Source: a virus. Taken from it: a DNA stretch of 64,000 nt. Positions 19,248 to 27,776 of this stretch are shown piece after piece. The DNA lies in the IMG/VR virus record IMGVR_UViG_3300045988_176431, positions 128,001-192,000 of that record; one strand, written 5' to 3'. The position numbers were made by a program, and so were the translations under genes. The notes under the pieces were generated by a model. It had not been told where the DNA came from. It worked only from the letters and a program-made list of their open reading frames with translations, and did not search any database. Each line of letters starts with the position of its first letter. The stretch's first letter is position 1.

Positions 19248-19840
19248 AACAAAAAAGTGATAAAGACATTATAAGAGATTTATTTGTAAAACTAAAACCA
19301 ATCTTTTTTTCTGATGTATATATTTATGATTGGAAATATATTATTGAAGGAGAAGATTCTGATAAAAGAATTAGCGGAAGATACTTATGTATATTAAAAG
19401 ATAAATACGTAGATGCATTGAAAGTATTATTTCCAAATGCTAAAGTTTTATATATTGAAGATTTGATAAAGATAAAAGATGATATGGACCAATATTATCA
19501 AGAGAAAAACGATAAAAGTCTTCTATATGAATTAATCGTTAAAAAAAGATTGCAAGAGAGTGAAAAAAATAATTGGAAAAAAATAATTGAAGAGTGTGAA
19601 GGAATTGATCATATCATTTATGATTTAAATCACATTTATACAATTAAAACAAAACGAAATGATGAATGTATTGAAGTTGGGAAACCATTACTACCAACGA
19701 TAACAGCAAAAAGTATTCAAGAACTTCTATTTTGTATTAATTATGATACAGAGAGAGAACTATATGATATTAATTTCAAACATAATCATTCACATTTTGA
19801 ATTATTTATGAAATATTATGCAGTTCCTATGAAGGAATAA
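19244..19840 (+). CDS. hypothetical protein (no polymerase motifs)
   Basis: ATGA overlap with the polymerase fragment; 198 aa. Confidence 0.6.
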   Translation: MKQKSDKDIIRDLFVKLKPIFFSDVYIYDWKYIIEGEDSDKRISGRYLCILKDKYVDALKVLFPNAKVLYIEDLIKIKDDMDQYYQEKNDKSLLYELIVKKRLQESEKNNWKKIIEECEGIDHIIYDLNHIYTIKTKRNDECIEVGKPLLPTITAKSIQELLFCINYDTERELYDINFKHNHSHFELFMKYYAVPMKE

Positions 19841-19886
19841 GTAAATAGAGATAGACAGATTTTCCTGTCTATCTCTATTTACTTTT
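19841..19886. terminator. bidirectional terminator
   Basis: 18-bp stem gtaaatagagatagacag / ctgtctatctctatttac. Confidence 0.75.
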
Positions 19887-19888
19887 AA

Positions 19889-20746
19889 TCATGAGGTAAT
19901 ATTTCTTGAGAGATTTAATGAGTAACATCTAACTGAACGATTAGAACTTGGAGTTATAAAAACACCAGTACCCAAAGGATATCCTGTTTTGGATCCATCT
20001 TCATTACTATCGATAGATATTCCAACTGCTGAATTCCAAGCATTTGATATAAAATTTCTACCAGATTTTGTTAAATATGCTACAGGCATTATACCATATT
20101 CAGCGAATATTGGGTGTGTTAAATCAAGGAAAAAAATATTTTTTTCCGATGTATGATTATCAATTATATGAATACAAAATACTTTTTGTACATCTTGATT
20201 ACTTGAAATATCGTTCCAATGAATTTTACCGTCAGACCAATCTCCTGAATTTGCTAATTGTATAAGATATCCCTTGCTATTATCTCCTGTTACCAATTGA
20301 TCTTCATTTATTTCGCTAAATGAATCGGTTAAAGCTAATATTTTTGCAGTATGTGCTGATATTACAGCAGAATTAGAACCAGAGCTTGAGCTAGAAGATA
20401 AATCTTTTATCTTATTATTAAGAGTTGTTATCTTAGTATTTAAGTCCTGTTGTACTTGATATACCATGTTAGGAGTTACTACAGCGGAATCTCCAGGATA
20501 AGGAGTTGTAGTAGTAACTTTAGGGAGAAATGCTCCATCCTTTAAATCATAAACAGCCTTGTTAATCACCTTTAATGCATTACGTAATGTTAAAGGAGAA
20601 GAGGATTTCACGATATTATGTGAAGTACCTATAAGGTCGTCGTAACCATTTTGAGAATAAACAGCATCCATATCTGTATATGGTAAATATGTGTTTTTTT
20701 CATCATTTTCATTGTATAAGTTTAAAAAAGCACGATAAGTTGCCAT
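19889..20746 (-). CDS. putative receptor-binding/tail-fibre protein, currently expressed variant (C-terminal cassette 1)
   Basis: 285-aa ORF. The start, SD and promoter motif lie in the 256-bp spacer between the inverted repeats. A Ser-rich linker precedes the unique C-terminus. Confidence 0.7.
   Translation of the reverse strand: MATYRAFLNLYNENDEKNTYLPYTDMDAVYSQNGYDDLIGTSHNIVKSSSPLTLRNALKVINKAVYDLKDGAFLPKVTTTTPYPGDSAVVTPNMVYQVQQDLNTKITTLNNKIKDLSSSSSSGSNSAVISAHTAKILALTDSFSEINEDQLVTGDNSKGYLIQLANSGDWSDGKIHWNDISSNQDVQKVFCIHIIDNHTSEKNIFFLDLTHPIFAEYGIMPVAYLTKSGRNFISNAWNSAVGISIDSNEDGSKTGYPLGTGVFITPSSNRSVRCYSLNLSRNITS
20427..20632. repeat. inverted repeat, left arm (206 bp)
   Basis: Exact reverse complement of 20889-21094, checked 10-mer by 10-mer against the printed sequence. 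Confidence 0.95.
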
Positions 20747-20888
20747 TAATAATCATTCCTTTCTTTATAAAAATTTCCTATATTTATTATAGGATTGTTT
20801 TTATACAAAATATGATACATTTTTATTGTATTTTTTGTCCCATACTTTTAAAAAACTGTCTTTTGAAGTCTATTAATATCATAAATAC
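20633..20888. other. putative invertible segment carrying promoter motif, SD, ATG and codons 1-38
   Basis: Bounded by perfect 206-bp inverted repeats. Contains ATG 20746 (minus strand) and motif taaaaacaatcctataa (20787-20803, minus strand). Confidence 0.6.
20787..20803 (-). promoter_or_regulatory. A-tract/ACA promoter-like motif inside the invertible segment
   Basis: TAAAAACAATCCTATAA, 51 nt upstream of ATG 20746. Confidence 0.5.
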
Positions 20889-21094
20889 ATAGGTACTTCA
20901 CATAATATCGTGAAATCCTCTTCTCCTTTAACATTACGTAATGCATTAAAGGTGATTAACAAGGCTGTTTATGATTTAAAGGATGGAGCATTTCTCCCTA
21001 AAGTTACTACTACAACTCCTTATCCTGGAGATTCCGCTGTAGTAACTCCTAACATGGTATATCAAGTACAACAGGACTTAAATACTAAGATAAC
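20889..21094. repeat. inverted repeat, right arm (206 bp)
   Basis: Exact reverse complement of 20427-20632. Confidence 0.95.
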
Positions 21095-21653
21095 TGCTAT
21101 GACCAATCGAATTTCTAAATTAGAAAGTAATGAAATAACAGAAGAAACTATTTATGATATAAATTCTAGAGTAAATTGGATATATAGTTCATTGATTAGT
21201 AAGTTACCTGAACCAATTGATGACTCTGGTGAAATTACTGAAACAGAATCATCATATGATGTTGTTCTTGGAAAAACGTCAAATATAGAAGTTAAGTATA
21301 GTGACTTATATGAACATTATAAAGGAAAAATTATTTTTGTTCATGTACGTGCTGTTCTTCAAGATCATAGTACATCTTTTAATGCGTATTATTCGTTAGA
21401 CCTTACAAATAAATTAAGCAAATTCGGACAACAAAAATTAAGGTTTTTATTTGGTACTGATAATAATTTAAATATTATATTAGATAAGGATTATTTTGAA
21501 TCAGAAACGACGATGAAAAATATCTTTAAGAATTCTACTATTGTGGGTTCTAAAAATGCTGCTACTATAACATTTAATGTAGATAATAGTGGAGAGATTT
21601 GGAAATTTCAAGTTAAAACATATAATGAAAATATTTTCAAATCAAGAATATAA
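20889..21653 (+). CDS. silent alternative C-terminal cassette 2 (no start codon or SD of its own)
   Basis: The frame reads IGTSHNIVKSSSPL...QQDLNTKIT, identical to cassette 1, then a different ~185-aa C-terminus. There is a stop codon 5 codons upstream of the repeat and no SD. It has its own terminator. Confidence 0.65.
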   Translation: MGTSHNIVKSSSPLTLRNALKVINKAVYDLKDGAFLPKVTTTTPYPGDSAVVTPNMVYQVQQDLNTKITAMTNRISKLESNEITEETIYDINSRVNWIYSSLISKLPEPIDDSGEITETESSYDVVLGKTSNIEVKYSDLYEHYKGKIIFVHVRAVLQDHSTSFNAYYSLDLTNKLSKFGQQKLRFLFGTDNNLNIILDKDYFESETTMKNIFKNSTIVGSKNAATITFNVDNSGEIWKFQVKTYNENIFKSRI

Positions 21654-21661
21654 AAATAAAG

Positions 21662-21698
21662 AAAATCAGACGGTGAATTATTTTCACCGTCTGATTTT
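21662..21698. terminator. bidirectional terminator
   Basis: 16-bp stem aaaatcagacggtgaa / ttcaccgtctgatttt. Confidence 0.75.
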
Positions 21699-21704
21699 AT
21701 ATTC

Positions 21705-22433
21705 CTATAAACTGTCAATATATAAATCATCAATAACTGATTCTAATGTAACATCTTTTTCTTTTTCTCCTTGTTTTGGAAGTTTGTCTACCCATGTCCG
21801 TAAACTGTTCATATATTTTGCTTTCCATTTATTAAAAGCATCTACAGGAAGTCCATCTGTAATTTTATAACTTGGTGGTTTTACATAGATTGCTGACTTA
21901 TCTTCATCTAAAACTTTTAATTCCCAATGTTTTGGAGCTGTAGAAAAGTCATAGTCTTTTGCAAACACAACTCTTGCAGTAGAATATAATTTTTTGTGTA
22001 AAACTCCATCACGAAACACATCCTTTTTAACTCTTCCTGATGGATGTCCTGAACAAGAATATTTCGTTACATATCCTTTCTCATTCAGTTTATCAATAAC
22101 ATCTTTAATGTCTTCATCAATATCTTTTTTTGATTCTGTAAAGATATCTTCCTCTTCATCAAAAAAGCAATATCCTTCTAATGTAGGAACTTCTTCTTCA
22201 CAATCTTTACATTCTTCTTTTTTCGTAGATAAATCTAAAGAATCAAATACTTTATTGATAGATTTTGTTAATGTATTATCTCCATCACTTTCTTTATCAA
22301 ATTCTTCATTATTAGAATCAATCATTTCTTCAATGCTTGTATCTGATAAAGAATTTTCTTTTTGGTCAGAATTTATTGGAACAACTGGAAGCATTTGTCC
22401 AACAGAAAATTCTTCCATTGCATTATTAGCCAT
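21705..22433 (-). CDS. hypothetical protein with acidic N-terminal half
   Basis: 242-aa ORF with promoter motif 43 nt upstream. Confidence 0.65.
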   Translation of the reverse strand: MANNAMEEFSVGQMLPVVPINSDQKENSLSDTSIEEMIDSNNEEFDKESDGDNTLTKSINKVFDSLDLSTKKEECKDCEEEVPTLEGYCFFDEEEDIFTESKKDIDEDIKDVIDKLNEKGYVTKYSCSGHPSGRVKKDVFRDGVLHKKLYSTARVVFAKDYDFSTAPKHWELKVLDEDKSAIYVKPPSYKITDGLPVDAFNKWKAKYMNSLRTWVDKLPKQGEKEKDVTLESVIDDLYIDSL

Positions 22434-22464
22434 TTAATTCACGTCCTTTCTTAATTTCTTTTTC

Positions 22465-22481
22465 ATTAAGATAATGTTTTT
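22465..22481 (-). promoter_or_regulatory. A-tract/ACA promoter-like motif
   Basis: AAAAACATTATCTTAAT, 43 nt upstream of ATG 22433. Confidence 0.6.
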
Positions 22482-22542
22482 ATGGATAAAATATACTAGA
22501 ATTTATTTTATTTTTCTTTTTTTATACTTGATACATTCTTAT

Positions 22543-22560
22543 AAAAAACATTAAATTAAT
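22543..22560 (+). promoter_or_regulatory. A-tract/ACA promoter-like motif
   Basis: AAAAAACATTAAATTAAT, 40 nt upstream of ATG 22590. Confidence 0.6.
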
Positions 22561-22589
22561 GAAATTAATTTTAAAAGGAGGTACTATAA

Positions 22590-23735
22590 ATGTCTAGTTT
22601 TGATGATATTTTAGCACAACCTCTTCCATCTCAGAGACACTTATTTGAGAGTGCTGAAGATGAGAAGAAAGAGGAAAAAGATAAGGAAGTAGATCGTCAG
22701 GCAATTGTAGATGCAATTGGAGAAGTTTTAGATGACTTTGAAGATATCGAAGCAGATACTGATGATTTCTTATCTGGTGATGAAGACAAAATCGAAATTG
22801 ATGATGCAGATGATGATTTCATTAAGAAATTAAAATCAGCATTAAAAGATTATAAAGAAATTGAGATTGAAAAAGATGATGATGAGGTTACAATTTCTTT
22901 AAAACAGGAAAGTGTAGAAGATTTCATTAATAGTCTCGATTTCTTTGGTGAAAGTGAAGAAGATAATTCTGATTTATCAGAAGATGGTGAAGAAGACGAT
23001 ATGTCGGAAGACGGAGAAGATGATAACTCTGCTGATGTCGCTGAAGGAACTGATGATATGGAAGAATTCGGTGAAGATGATGAAGCCAAAGAGTGTGGCT
23101 CCCAAGAGGAATGTGGTGATACAGATCTTGACGAAGACTTCGGTGAAGATGATGACGAAGATGAAGATGACGAAGATATCGATAATGCCTTAGATGATTT
23201 AGAAGATCAATCAGAGGATGATATTGAAACTGGTCTTATGAATGCAGATGATAATAGTGAGGAAAATGAAGACCTCACCCCTGCAGAAGACCAGAAAGCA
23301 GATGACATGTTAGCAATGGTAGCAACACCAATGTTAATTAAAGATGAATTAACAGCAGAAGAATCTGTTAACTTCTATGAAAGTGCTGATTCTGATATCG
23401 CTGTCGATGAGGGTCTTATTATGGAATCTGATTTAGATGAAATCTTTACGGAAGGCGTATTCGCTTCACCAAATCGTCCATTCAAGATGACAAAAAAAGC
23501 TCGTTTTAAACAGCTTTATGAACTTTCTGTTCAGATTGAAGCAAGAGCACATCGTGACCCTAAGATGAAACAGTTAGATCGTGCTTATAAGATTGAGCGT
23601 AAGATTAAAGCTGAACTTAGAAATAAGTATGGTACAGCTGCTAAGAAACGTGCTATGATTTACTTGAAGAGATTGATGAAATCGAAATCAGGTGTTCTGA
23701 AAAACTTAGGAAGAAAGATGTTACCTAAGAAATAA
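22590..23735 (+). CDS. extremely acidic protein with basic helical C-terminus
   Basis: 381-aa ORF with SD aaaggaggt and promoter motif 40 nt upstream. About 240 residues are dominated by D/E. Confidence 0.7.
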   Translation: MSSFDDILAQPLPSQRHLFESAEDEKKEEKDKEVDRQAIVDAIGEVLDDFEDIEADTDDFLSGDEDKIEIDDADDDFIKKLKSALKDYKEIEIEKDDDEVTISLKQESVEDFINSLDFFGESEEDNSDLSEDGEEDDMSEDGEDDNSADVAEGTDDMEEFGEDDEAKECGSQEECGDTDLDEDFGEDDDEDEDDEDIDNALDDLEDQSEDDIETGLMNADDNSEENEDLTPAEDQKADDMLAMVATPMLIKDELTAEESVNFYESADSDIAVDEGLIMESDLDEIFTEGVFASPNRPFKMTKKARFKQLYELSVQIEARAHRDPKMKQLDRAYKIERKIKAELRNKYGTAAKKRAMIYLKRLMKSKSGVLKNLGRKMLPKK

Positions 23736-23743
23736 AAAAATAA

Positions 23744-23814
23744 AGAGAGAAGTATGAATCATTCATACTTCTCTCTTATGTGCCGGATGAGAGTTTAGTT
23801 CTCATCCGGCACAT
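23744..23814. terminator. two tandem hairpins between convergent genes
   Basis: Stems agagagaagtatgaat / attcatacttctctct and atgtgccggatgaga / tctcatccggcacat. Confidence 0.65.
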
Positions 23815-23980
23815 ATCTTTTCTTTAATTTTTCGATCTCTTCATCTAAGAGATCATTGGTTTTCTGCATCGAATCAATTGCATCATCAATTGTCCGATTA
23901 CAATCTCTGATATATGCAATAGTTCCTGCTACACCAGTTACCAACATTGTTATTCCTGCTCCAATAATAAGTCCTTTCAT
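23795..23980 (-). CDS. small TM plus coiled-coil protein
   Basis: ATG 23980 (MKGLIIGAG) behind SD aaaggatga. Shared 26-nt upstream element. Confidence 0.55.
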   Translation of the reverse strand: MKGLIIGAGITMLVTGVAGTIAYIRDCNRTIDDAIDSMQKTNDLLDEEIEKLKKRYVPDEN

Positions 23981-24004
23981 ATTTATCATCCTTTCTAGTT
24001 TTAT

Positions 24005-24030
24005 AAGAGTTATTCCTTCTCTTTATTTTT
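24005..24030 (-). promoter_or_regulatory. shared 26-nt upstream element, copy 1
   Basis: aagagttattccttctctttattttt is identical to 38471-38496. Both copies sit just upstream of the SD of small minus-strand genes. Confidence 0.5.
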
Positions 24031-24333
24031 ATTATATTCACGAATATAGTGTATAAATATTATTAATGAAAATACGATAAAAAATATGAGAGAAAAGGGA
24101 GGAAATCCTTTTCTCTCATGAATAAAGAGTATCGCCTGATTTGTTTTCTGTCGAGTACTGTAAACATATTACTTTTATAATAGGAGATAGTCGTCTTGGT
24201 CATTACATCTGTGACAATAGTATAAAACCTTAACGAAGGGACCAAAATTCCAAAAAGGAACCTTATGATAAAGTCATTTCGATACTCTTTATTAATTAAT
24301 AAGTTTATACTATAATTAATAATAATTTTACCT

Positions 24334-24351
24334 AAAAAACAATGAATTAAC
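24334..24351 (+). promoter_or_regulatory. A-tract/ACA promoter-like motif
   Basis: AAAAAACAATGAATTAAC, 39 nt upstream of ATG 24380. Confidence 0.6.
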
Positions 24352-24379
24352 AATTAATCTATAAAGGTGGTGAAAACCA

Positions 24380-25597
24380 ATGAGTGTTGTGATTAATGAA
24401 AAAAAGATGATGGATGATGCCTTATTTAAATATGAAGAACGCGTAAAATCTCCATTAAGTCGATTTATAGATAAATCTTTTACACCTGTAAATTATTTTC
24501 ATATCAATAATCTAGAATCTACAATGGATGCTGGATTTAATAGTCCTGAAAATGTTTTAGGTGATAATTCACCATTTCGTTTTCAAGAGATTAAAGATTT
24601 TCCAATCTATGGATTAGAGCAGATGGTAATTGCTTTACAAGATACAGATCAAGGATTGGATGGTGGATATGAAGGAGAAGCAACCATTTTACCGGGAACT
24701 CTTGTTCCTTTACAAAATGATTACTTTACTATTCCTTCATTAAAAGAACCATATATCTTTCAGATTACATCTGTTGATTATGATAGTATTATGCCAGATA
24801 ATTTTTATAAGATATCCTTTACACTAGAATATATTGACGATGAGAAGAAAGATGCTTTAAATACACAGGCAAATGAAAAATTTACTTGCGTAATGGAAAA
24901 TATTGGAACAACAGACCGTTGTTTAATTGAGGATGAATATTATAATGAACTTCAATCCATTGATTCTATCTATAATGAAATGATAAGGACATATCTTACA
25001 TTTTTCTATAATGAAAGATATAATTGCTTATTAGGGGATTTTTATCATGGACAAAAATTGTATGATCCTTTACAGGTAGAATTTATTAATAAGCATTCTT
25101 TATTTAATAAAAAGACTGATTTAAAAGCCATTATACTAAATGATATGTTTGAAGATAATCGTAGAAAAGTAAAATACGAAAAATCTATTTATCGATTTAT
25201 TGAAAAGAGAGATTGGAAGAAACTTTCTAATTTTAGTTATATTACTTTTCCGGGATCGAATAATAAACAAACATCATTTTATCATTGGGCAGATAGAAAT
25301 GTGCAGATTCTTGATATTACAAATTATATGGGACAAATGCCTCATTATGATATGATATCAGAAGACTTTTTAAATGTAATTAAATTAAATGGTCCAACTG
25401 AATCTGCTTATGCAAAATTAATTAAAAAATATGTACGAAATGAAGAACCAATCAGTTTTTCTGATATTAAGGATGATTTACTAGATGAATTGCTTCAATT
25501 AGATGATGCAAATCTTGAAATTTTCTTCTATACACCAATTATCCTATACATCATCAAAGACACTGTTTCTTCTTTTATGAAACGTAGAAAAGAATAA
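24380..25597 (+). CDS. hypothetical (late) protein
   Basis: 405-aa ORF with SD aaggtggtga and promoter motif 39 nt upstream. Confidence 0.7.
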   Translation: MSVVINEKKMMDDALFKYEERVKSPLSRFIDKSFTPVNYFHINNLESTMDAGFNSPENVLGDNSPFRFQEIKDFPIYGLEQMVIALQDTDQGLDGGYEGEATILPGTLVPLQNDYFTIPSLKEPYIFQITSVDYDSIMPDNFYKISFTLEYIDDEKKDALNTQANEKFTCVMENIGTTDRCLIEDEYYNELQSIDSIYNEMIRTYLTFFYNERYNCLLGDFYHGQKLYDPLQVEFINKHSLFNKKTDLKAIILNDMFEDNRRKVKYEKSIYRFIEKRDWKKLSNFSYITFPGSNNKQTSFYHWADRNVQILDITNYMGQMPHYDMISEDFLNVIKLNGPTESAYAKLIKKYVRNEEPISFSDIKDDLLDELLQLDDANLEIFFYTPIILYIIKDTVSSFMKRRKE

Positions 25598-25630
25598 TAG
25601 AGAGAATAGGAATTTTCCTATTCTCTCTAT
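25597..25630. terminator. bidirectional terminator
   Basis: Stem atagagagaatagg / cctattctctctat. Confidence 0.7.
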
Positions 25631-25634
25631 TATT

Positions 25635-26564
25635 TTATAATCTATTTTCTAAGGAATATAGTAGATTCTCTTTCTCTTGAAGAGTCGTTACATACTCTTT
25701 ATAATAGTTTGCCATATTTCGAGATATAGCATCATCTTCAACAGCCATTTCAATGTATGCAAAACACTTATCCATATCATCATTTAATAATACAGATTCT
25801 TTAATGGCTTTATCTGTTGTTTTTTTATAATTATTCCATTGTTTAATACACCAAGAAATTACTTTCTGGTCAATGAAAGAAGCATATCCTGTTGTAAGTG
25901 CAACTGAAAGAGCATAAAACTCTTTGTTCGTCGAAGATGTGAATTTTGATTTAACTACGTCATCTTCTTTCCAAACAACAGCAATCACTGTATTAGAACC
26001 AGACACATACTTTTTAGCTGAAAGAATTTTACAATTTTCTGATTTACATCCAGAAAATTTATGTGCTTCTTCTTGTGTCATTTTTTCTTTTTTAAATTTT
26101 CCAAGAAGAACTAAATCTGACTGAATCTTTGTTAAGCATTTAATACGTCTTCTTAACCAAGTTTTATCAGAAACATTTAATTTTTCTTTATCTTTCATAT
26201 TCAGAATTCTCTTAACTTCTGAACTATTGTATTCTTTTAATTCTACTCTTGAAAGAGCTACATTAATTGCTTTTGCAGCTTCTGTCATATATGGATAAAC
26301 AATTTTTTCTGTTTCAGATTCTGCTTCTGTTAAATATGAATTTGCTTCTTCATATTCTTCTTCTGTAATAGAGCCAGATTCATAAAGACTCTCTACCTTT
26401 CTCTTTGCATCCTGAATTGCATCATATTTTTCTTCATATAATGCTAATTCTGATTCATAAAAAGAATCTTTTTTATCATCTAACATAGATTCTGTAATCG
26501 ACGTTAATGTATCAATCTTTTGATCAATGTCATTCATACGATCCATTAATCCCATTTTTTTCAC
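25635..26564 (-). CDS. hypothetical protein
   Basis: 309-aa ORF; last gene of the protease operon. Confidence 0.65.
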   Translation of the reverse strand: MKKMGLMDRMNDIDQKIDTLTSITESMLDDKKDSFYESELALYEEKYDAIQDAKRKVESLYESGSITEEEYEEANSYLTEAESETEKIVYPYMTEAAKAINVALSRVELKEYNSSEVKRILNMKDKEKLNVSDKTWLRRRIKCLTKIQSDLVLLGKFKKEKMTQEEAHKFSGCKSENCKILSAKKYVSGSNTVIAVVWKEDDVVKSKFTSSTNKEFYALSVALTTGYASFIDQKVISWCIKQWNNYKKTTDKAIKESVLLNDDMDKCFAYIEMAVEDDAISRNMANYYKEYVTTLQEKENLLYSLENRL

Positions 26565-26573
26565 CTTCCTTTT

Positions 26574-27770
26574 TTAAACTTTATTTGATTTGAATAATCG
26601 ATGGAATATTGCAGGTCTACCTCGAAAGATAATCCCGTTTATTTTTCTCCATATAGTGCAAAGAACCATTCGTTCACTTTCTGAGAAACTTCTAAGTTCT
26701 TTATACTTCTTATTCAGTGATTCAATTTCATTTAATAATTCTTGCTTTAATTCTGGAGGAAAATCATTCTTTTTTAAATCATCCATAAGTTTCTTTTTAC
26801 ACTCTATACAACGTTCCTGATTTGTACCATGAACATCATTAAAAGCATTGAATATTTCTGTTTGTAATTGACCAAAATCTTGAAAGAATTTGGCAATACC
26901 ACTTTTTGGATTATAATATTTTTTTACTTTGCTAAGTTTTTGCAACGCCGTTATTAAATCAGTTCCATAACCATATGCTGTTGCAAAACTATCAGCAAAG
27001 ATTTCACTTTTCTTACCAGCAAGTGTTACTGTTTGAGTTAACGGTGCAAATAAAACATCATAAAGAAGAAATCCTAATGCAGCACAAGGAAACATAATAA
27101 AATGAAAAATACCTTTCACTTTTTCATTATTCTTAATACTTTCCAAGTATCTTTTACTTTCTTTTTTTCTTCTTTCCGTATTATCATAATACTTATTATT
27201 TTCTTTTTTAATTTGTTTATCATATTTCTCTTTTTGCTTGTTTATATAATCCATATTCTTATATTTTTCTCTTATTGTACAAAGTCCCAAGTTAAGAATA
27301 TTTGTTATATGATAATTTAACATATGATATCCAGATTCATCAAAATTGTGTCCAATTTCATGAAGAATACAAGCAAGTAATTCCCTAGCAGTTACATTGG
27401 ATAATGTAACTAAACCAATTCCTAAATATACTGTAAGAATTGATGTATGAGAAGTATCATAAAATCCATGATCTGTTTTTTGAATCCAATCTTTTCCTTT
27501 ATGAGCAAAAATAACTAATGTATTCATAGGGATTGTATAAGCATTTTCAACCTCTAATGCTTCCCAATAAATAATGCTCTTTTTAAACCCAAATACCTTA
27601 GAAAAGATATTCTGAATTTTTCTCATTTCTGGGAATTTATTTGGATTGGAATTTTTTTGTTTCTTTATCTTCTTTATCACAGAATCTAATAATTCTTCTA
27701 ATTGATTAAATTCTGGAAGTTTTCCATAATAGGCTTCTTGTATTAATAATTCATTTTCCATATAATTCAC
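26574..27770 (-). CDS. HExxH zinc-metallopeptidase-like protein
   Basis: 'LLACILHEIGHNFDE' motif. Paralogous in layout to 53820-55040. Confidence 0.55.
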   Translation of the reverse strand: MNYMENELLIQEAYYGKLPEFNQLEELLDSVIKKIKKQKNSNPNKFPEMRKIQNIFSKVFGFKKSIIYWEALEVENAYTIPMNTLVIFAHKGKDWIQKTDHGFYDTSHTSILTVYLGIGLVTLSNVTARELLACILHEIGHNFDESGYHMLNYHITNILNLGLCTIREKYKNMDYINKQKEKYDKQIKKENNKYYDNTERRKKESKRYLESIKNNEKVKGIFHFIMFPCAALGFLLYDVLFAPLTQTVTLAGKKSEIFADSFATAYGYGTDLITALQKLSKVKKYYNPKSGIAKFFQDFGQLQTEIFNAFNDVHGTNQERCIECKKKLMDDLKKNDFPPELKQELLNEIESLNKKYKELRSFSESERMVLCTIWRKINGIIFRGRPAIFHRLFKSNKV

Positions 27771-27776
27771 CTACTT

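Noticed and set aside
20427-21094. A diversity-generating retroelement (template/variable repeat pair) as explanation for the duplicated 206 bp.
   Set aside because: The two copies are 100% identical, with no adenine-specific differences. They are inverted, lie at the 5' rather than the 3' end of the coding region, and no reverse transcriptase ORF is present in the window.
20910-21653. ORF-track call of an independent 247-aa gene starting at GTG 20910.
   Set aside because: There is no SD, and the GTG lies inside the inverted repeat, where the same codon is an internal Val of the expressed gene. It is better explained as a promoterless alternative cassette.
24063-24353. 96-aa minus-strand ORF in the spacer before 24380.
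   Set aside because: It has no SD, an odd composition, and overlaps the promoter motif of the divergent gene and a hairpin. The region is treated as non-coding.
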